The position numbers were made by a program, and so were the translations under genes. From a virus: a stretch of DNA of 64,000 nt. The notes under the pieces were generated by a model. That model was not told the origin of the DNA, did not search any database, and saw only the letters and a list, made by a program, of their open reading frames with translations. How positions within the stretch are numbered: the stretch's first letter is position 1; each line of letters opens with the position of its first letter. The DNA lies in IMG/VR virus record IMGVR_UViG_3300037089_000505, positions 1-64,000 of that record, one strand, 5' to 3'. Of the stretch, positions 61,031-64,000 are shown in pieces.

Positions 61031-61780
61031 ATGAAAATTTTATTCACAGCTGATCTACATGGATTAGAAAGTGCATTTGTACGATATGTTGAACTTCTCA
61101 AAGACTATGACATTGGCGTCATTGCTGGAGATTTACAAGACGACCGTTTACCAGAAAATAAAATTGCTGAGCTACTTGGTGTTCCAGCTGCAAGTTTACG
61201 TCTGGACCAAGAGTATGATCGTTTCATAGACGCCTACGAGGCTCTTGAAAAACAGAGCGACAAAGCTCTAGAAGTCCAAGCAATCAAATTGAATACGATT
61301 CTTAATTCAGCAAATAAACCCGTTCTGATAATTAAGGGTAATCACGATCGATGCGCTTGGCCCTCGAATGGCAACGTCCACAATATCGATCAGACTAGTT
61401 TCAAGTATGAAAAGCTTAATTTTGTGGGGTACCAATGGACTAATTTCCACAGAAGCGAACTCATGCAGGAAGCTGACCTTCAGTCTCTTGTACCCCTAAT
61501 GGATGAGAACACAGTGTTAGTAACTCATGCTCCGCCATACAGAGTTTTAGACACTATCACAGTCCATATTTTTGGTTATGGTCCTACTAAACAACCGCTC
61601 GGTAGTCAGGCCATTCGGTATTTCGTAGAAAAGACACATCCCAAACTGCATCTCTTTGGACATATTCACGAAGGCTTCGGTCGACGAGGCAATTCGTTCA
61701 ATGGATCCTATAGATTCCCCAAACGTTTTGTAGGTATCACCATTGAAGGTAATGAAATTTTGCATAGAGAACTTTCTTAG
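61031..61780 (+). CDS. Icc-like metallophosphoesterase
   Basis: ADLHG, AGDL, GNHD, VTHAPP, FGHIHE. Confidence 0.88.
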   Translation: MKILFTADLHGLESAFVRYVELLKDYDIGVIAGDLQDDRLPENKIAELLGVPAASLRLDQEYDRFIDAYEALEKQSDKALEVQAIKLNTILNSANKPVLIIKGNHDRCAWPSNGNVHNIDQTSFKYEKLNFVGYQWTNFHRSELMQEADLQSLVPLMDENTVLVTHAPPYRVLDTITVHIFGYGPTKQPLGSQAIRYFVEKTHPKLHLFGHIHEGFGRRGNSFNGSYRFPKRFVGITIEGNEILHRELS

Positions 61781-61816
61781 TATCGAAGGCGACTTATGTT
61801 CTTCTTGGAGGCGCAC

Positions 61817-62713
61817 ATGTTTGAAGAGATAGGTAAATTCATCGACCATCTTCCCACAGCTGTTGTGAAATTCACAGATGCAGTTGCCAAGGGACTTGAA
61901 AAGAATATGTCCCTTTGGCTTTTGATTATTTTCAATGCCTATCTCCTGGGTGGTATTACTTGGACAATCGTCACATCTGTGGCTGTTGGATGGTGGCTGT
62001 TGCTCGCAATACTTCCTATACTACTCGCAATACCCTATGCGATTGCTCTAATCAGGAAGATAAGGAGTCACCATGAAAAGACTGTTTAATTTACTAGTCA
62101 TAGCCATTTTGGTAGCTTTACCTTTTGTAGCATGCGGTGTAGCTCCATCTGATCCAACGCCGAAAGTTCCAGGCTTACAAGCACAAAATCTCCCGTCGAG
62201 TTTCGTATTTGTTGAAGCCAAAGGTAATTACTATTACATCTATAAGGATGAAAATGGCTATTACCTCATCCATCAGGATTCTACATTTGCCCAGAGCGTT
62301 CATATCACTTGGCTTGGTACTACGATTCATTAAAGCATCGAGACATATATTCTTTTAGTAACTGGAGGACCAAGATGTTTGCTGAAGCTTTCAAAGCTAT
62401 CGGTGAAGCCATAGACACGTTCTTCAACGTCGTGCCCAAGGCTATCGTAGATTTTTTCAGGGCTATGTACAAGAGCGATGCTTTTCAGAAAATGCCTTAT
62501 TGGTTTCTGATCGCTTTCGCTGTCTTCAATCTTGTATTTGTTACTTGGGATATTATCTATATAATCAACACGGGCCTTATCTGGTTTCCGTTCCTGGCGG
62601 CGCTTCAACTTTTTATTGCCTCGCCCTATGTGGTCGGCTTGATCAGGAAGATGCGCCAGGGAAATGTGATTTCCAGTCTGATTTCAAAGCTGAAGGGAAA
62701 GAAAGATGTCTGA
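61817..62713 (+). other. Two paralogous small membrane proteins flanking a lipoprotein gene
   Basis: 61817..62089 and 62375..62713 share IG..ID..P.A.V.F...W.LI...PY...LIRK.R; 62073..62333 has lipobox FVAC. Confidence 0.6.
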
Positions 62714-63746
62714 AAGAAAACTCGCTTCAATCCAGAGGATCGCCAAGATCGAGCCCATCGAGGGCGCCGACGCAATCGAGCGTCTTTCCATTCTCGGCTG
62801 GCATTGCGTAAGCCAGAAGGGCACCTTCAAAGAGGGAGACCTTTGTGTCTACTTTGAAGTGGACTCTTTGCTTCCTGTGAAGCCGGAATATGAATTTCTT
62901 CGCAAGAGTTCGTTCAATCCTCGGCTCAATGGTTTCCGCATCACGACCATCAAACTTCGGGGTCAGATTTCGCAGGGTCTTGCCCTTCCCTGGAAAGAAT
63001 TGGAATTTGGCGACCAGAACAACATTGTCGAAGGAGCTAACGCAACAGAAGCTCTCGGCGTTCGGAAATACGAGCCCGAAATTCACCCCTCTCTCATGGG
63101 CGATGTGAAAGGCAACTTCCCATCTTACGTTCCCAAGACGGACGAGGAAAGAATCCAGAACGTTCCCAACGTTCTTACCCGCCATGCCGACAAACTCTTT
63201 GTGGCGACAGAAAAGCTGGATGGAACCTCTACTACCTTCTTTGTCTTTGAAGGAGAATTCGGAGTTTGCGGAAGAAACTGGGAACTCAAGCCGACTGAAA
63301 AGAACACCTACTGGGAAGTGGCAAGAAAGATCGATGCTGAGCTCAAGCTCAAGAAATCCGCCTGGAAGAATGTCGCCGTCCAGGGCGAAATCGTTGGACC
63401 CGGAATCCAGAAGAACAAATACGCTCTTTCTGAGTTCAAGTTCTTCGTCTACCATGTATTCGACATCGACGCCTACAGGTACTTCAACCACTCCGCGCTG
63501 ATGCATTTTTGCAAAGCCAATGGTTTTGACACAGTGCCTGAGGTTGCAGTAGATTTCCACCTGCAGGACAAAATGCCCAATGTGGAAGCAGCCGTCAATT
63601 TCTCTAACGCCAAATCGCTTCTCAATCCTGTCATCATGAGGGAGGGTGTGGTAGTCAAGTCGGCTATAGAGAACATTGATCCTGAGCTCGGGCGACTTTC
63701 ATTCAAAGTCATCAATCCCTACTTCCTACTCAAACACGAGGAATAA
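62706..63746 (+). CDS. RNA ligase, DRB0094/Rnl2-type with N-terminal OB-like domain
   Basis: RKLASIQ.I..I.PI.GAD.IE, KLRGQISQG, PKTDEERIQN, TEKLDGTS, QGE, REGVV, SFKVI. Confidence 0.92.
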   Translation: MSERKLASIQRIAKIEPIEGADAIERLSILGWHCVSQKGTFKEGDLCVYFEVDSLLPVKPEYEFLRKSSFNPRLNGFRITTIKLRGQISQGLALPWKELEFGDQNNIVEGANATEALGVRKYEPEIHPSLMGDVKGNFPSYVPKTDEERIQNVPNVLTRHADKLFVATEKLDGTSTTFFVFEGEFGVCGRNWELKPTEKNTYWEVARKIDAELKLKKSAWKNVAVQGEIVGPGIQKNKYALSEFKFFVYHVFDIDAYRYFNHSALMHFCKANGFDTVPEVAVDFHLQDKMPNVEAAVNFSNAKSLLNPVIMREGVVVKSAIENIDPELGRLSFKVINPYFLLKHEE

Positions 63747-64000
63747 AATGTATGGTCTAGAAGATGAAATTGCTGGTCAAAGAGAAGATATAGAAAAACT
63801 CAAAAGAAAGAACGCAAAGTTGCACAAGCAACTTAAGGACAAGGATACACTAATCAAAACTTTGCAGGAAACAATTGATCGTCTGCAAAAGAAACCATCG
63901 ACGTGAAGATAAAGACTGGGAGGTCTTTTCATGAGCCCCGCTATTTTTATTATAGCCCTGTCCCTTGGGAGATCACCTGCCCTTGTCGCCCAGATTTATA

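Noticed and set aside
54305-63560. Long antisense ORFs (54305..54943, 55790..56494, 57378..58130, 62727..63560; also 8563..9357)
   Set aside because: They are shadows of well-supported plus-strand genes with biased codon usage and show no motifs
1-64000. Stop-codon reassignment as in some jumbo phages
   Set aside because: Long core genes are intact in code 11, and TAA, TAG and TGA all terminate recognisable genes
1-64000. CRISPR array, tRNA or rRNA genes
   Set aside because: No regularly spaced direct repeats or cloverleaf/T-loop signatures were seen by eye; a covariance scan was not run

Overview
This window is a segment of a large T4-like (jumbo-type) myophage genome in the standard genetic code. 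It carries neck and tail genes (gp13-, gp14- and gp15-like, sheath, tube, gp26/gp51-like pair) and a replication/recombination block (gp47/gp46, UvsX, UvsW, primase, gp41 helicase). It also has four free-standing endonuclease loci and FN3-repeat virion proteins. Accessory regions hold an XpaC-TelA-SBP/OmpA-vWA membrane operon, radical SAM proteins, an Apyc1-like MBL hydrolase, NadE, a WGR-PARP, an ART-zinc finger fusion and an RNA ligase. The least explained features are (i) about 20-25 small, highly divergent, apparently late-expressed proteins sharing only a C-terminal h-I-K-x-h-F helix, mostly arrayed between the two neck genes; (ii) a second dispersed family with a K-E-x-T-h-x-x-L-K helix, often on Cys4 miniproteins; (iii) MKLxE capsid-targeting-like leaders and a stand-alone gp23 prodomain mimic; and (iv) three recurring non-canonical promoter motifs (TTTCGA-N8-TAnnnT, gCATAwT, AAGATAA) that often sit at leaderless distance from start codons and track these gene classes. 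All family calls come from motif recognition by eye, with no database search. No tRNA, rRNA or CRISPR array was seen.
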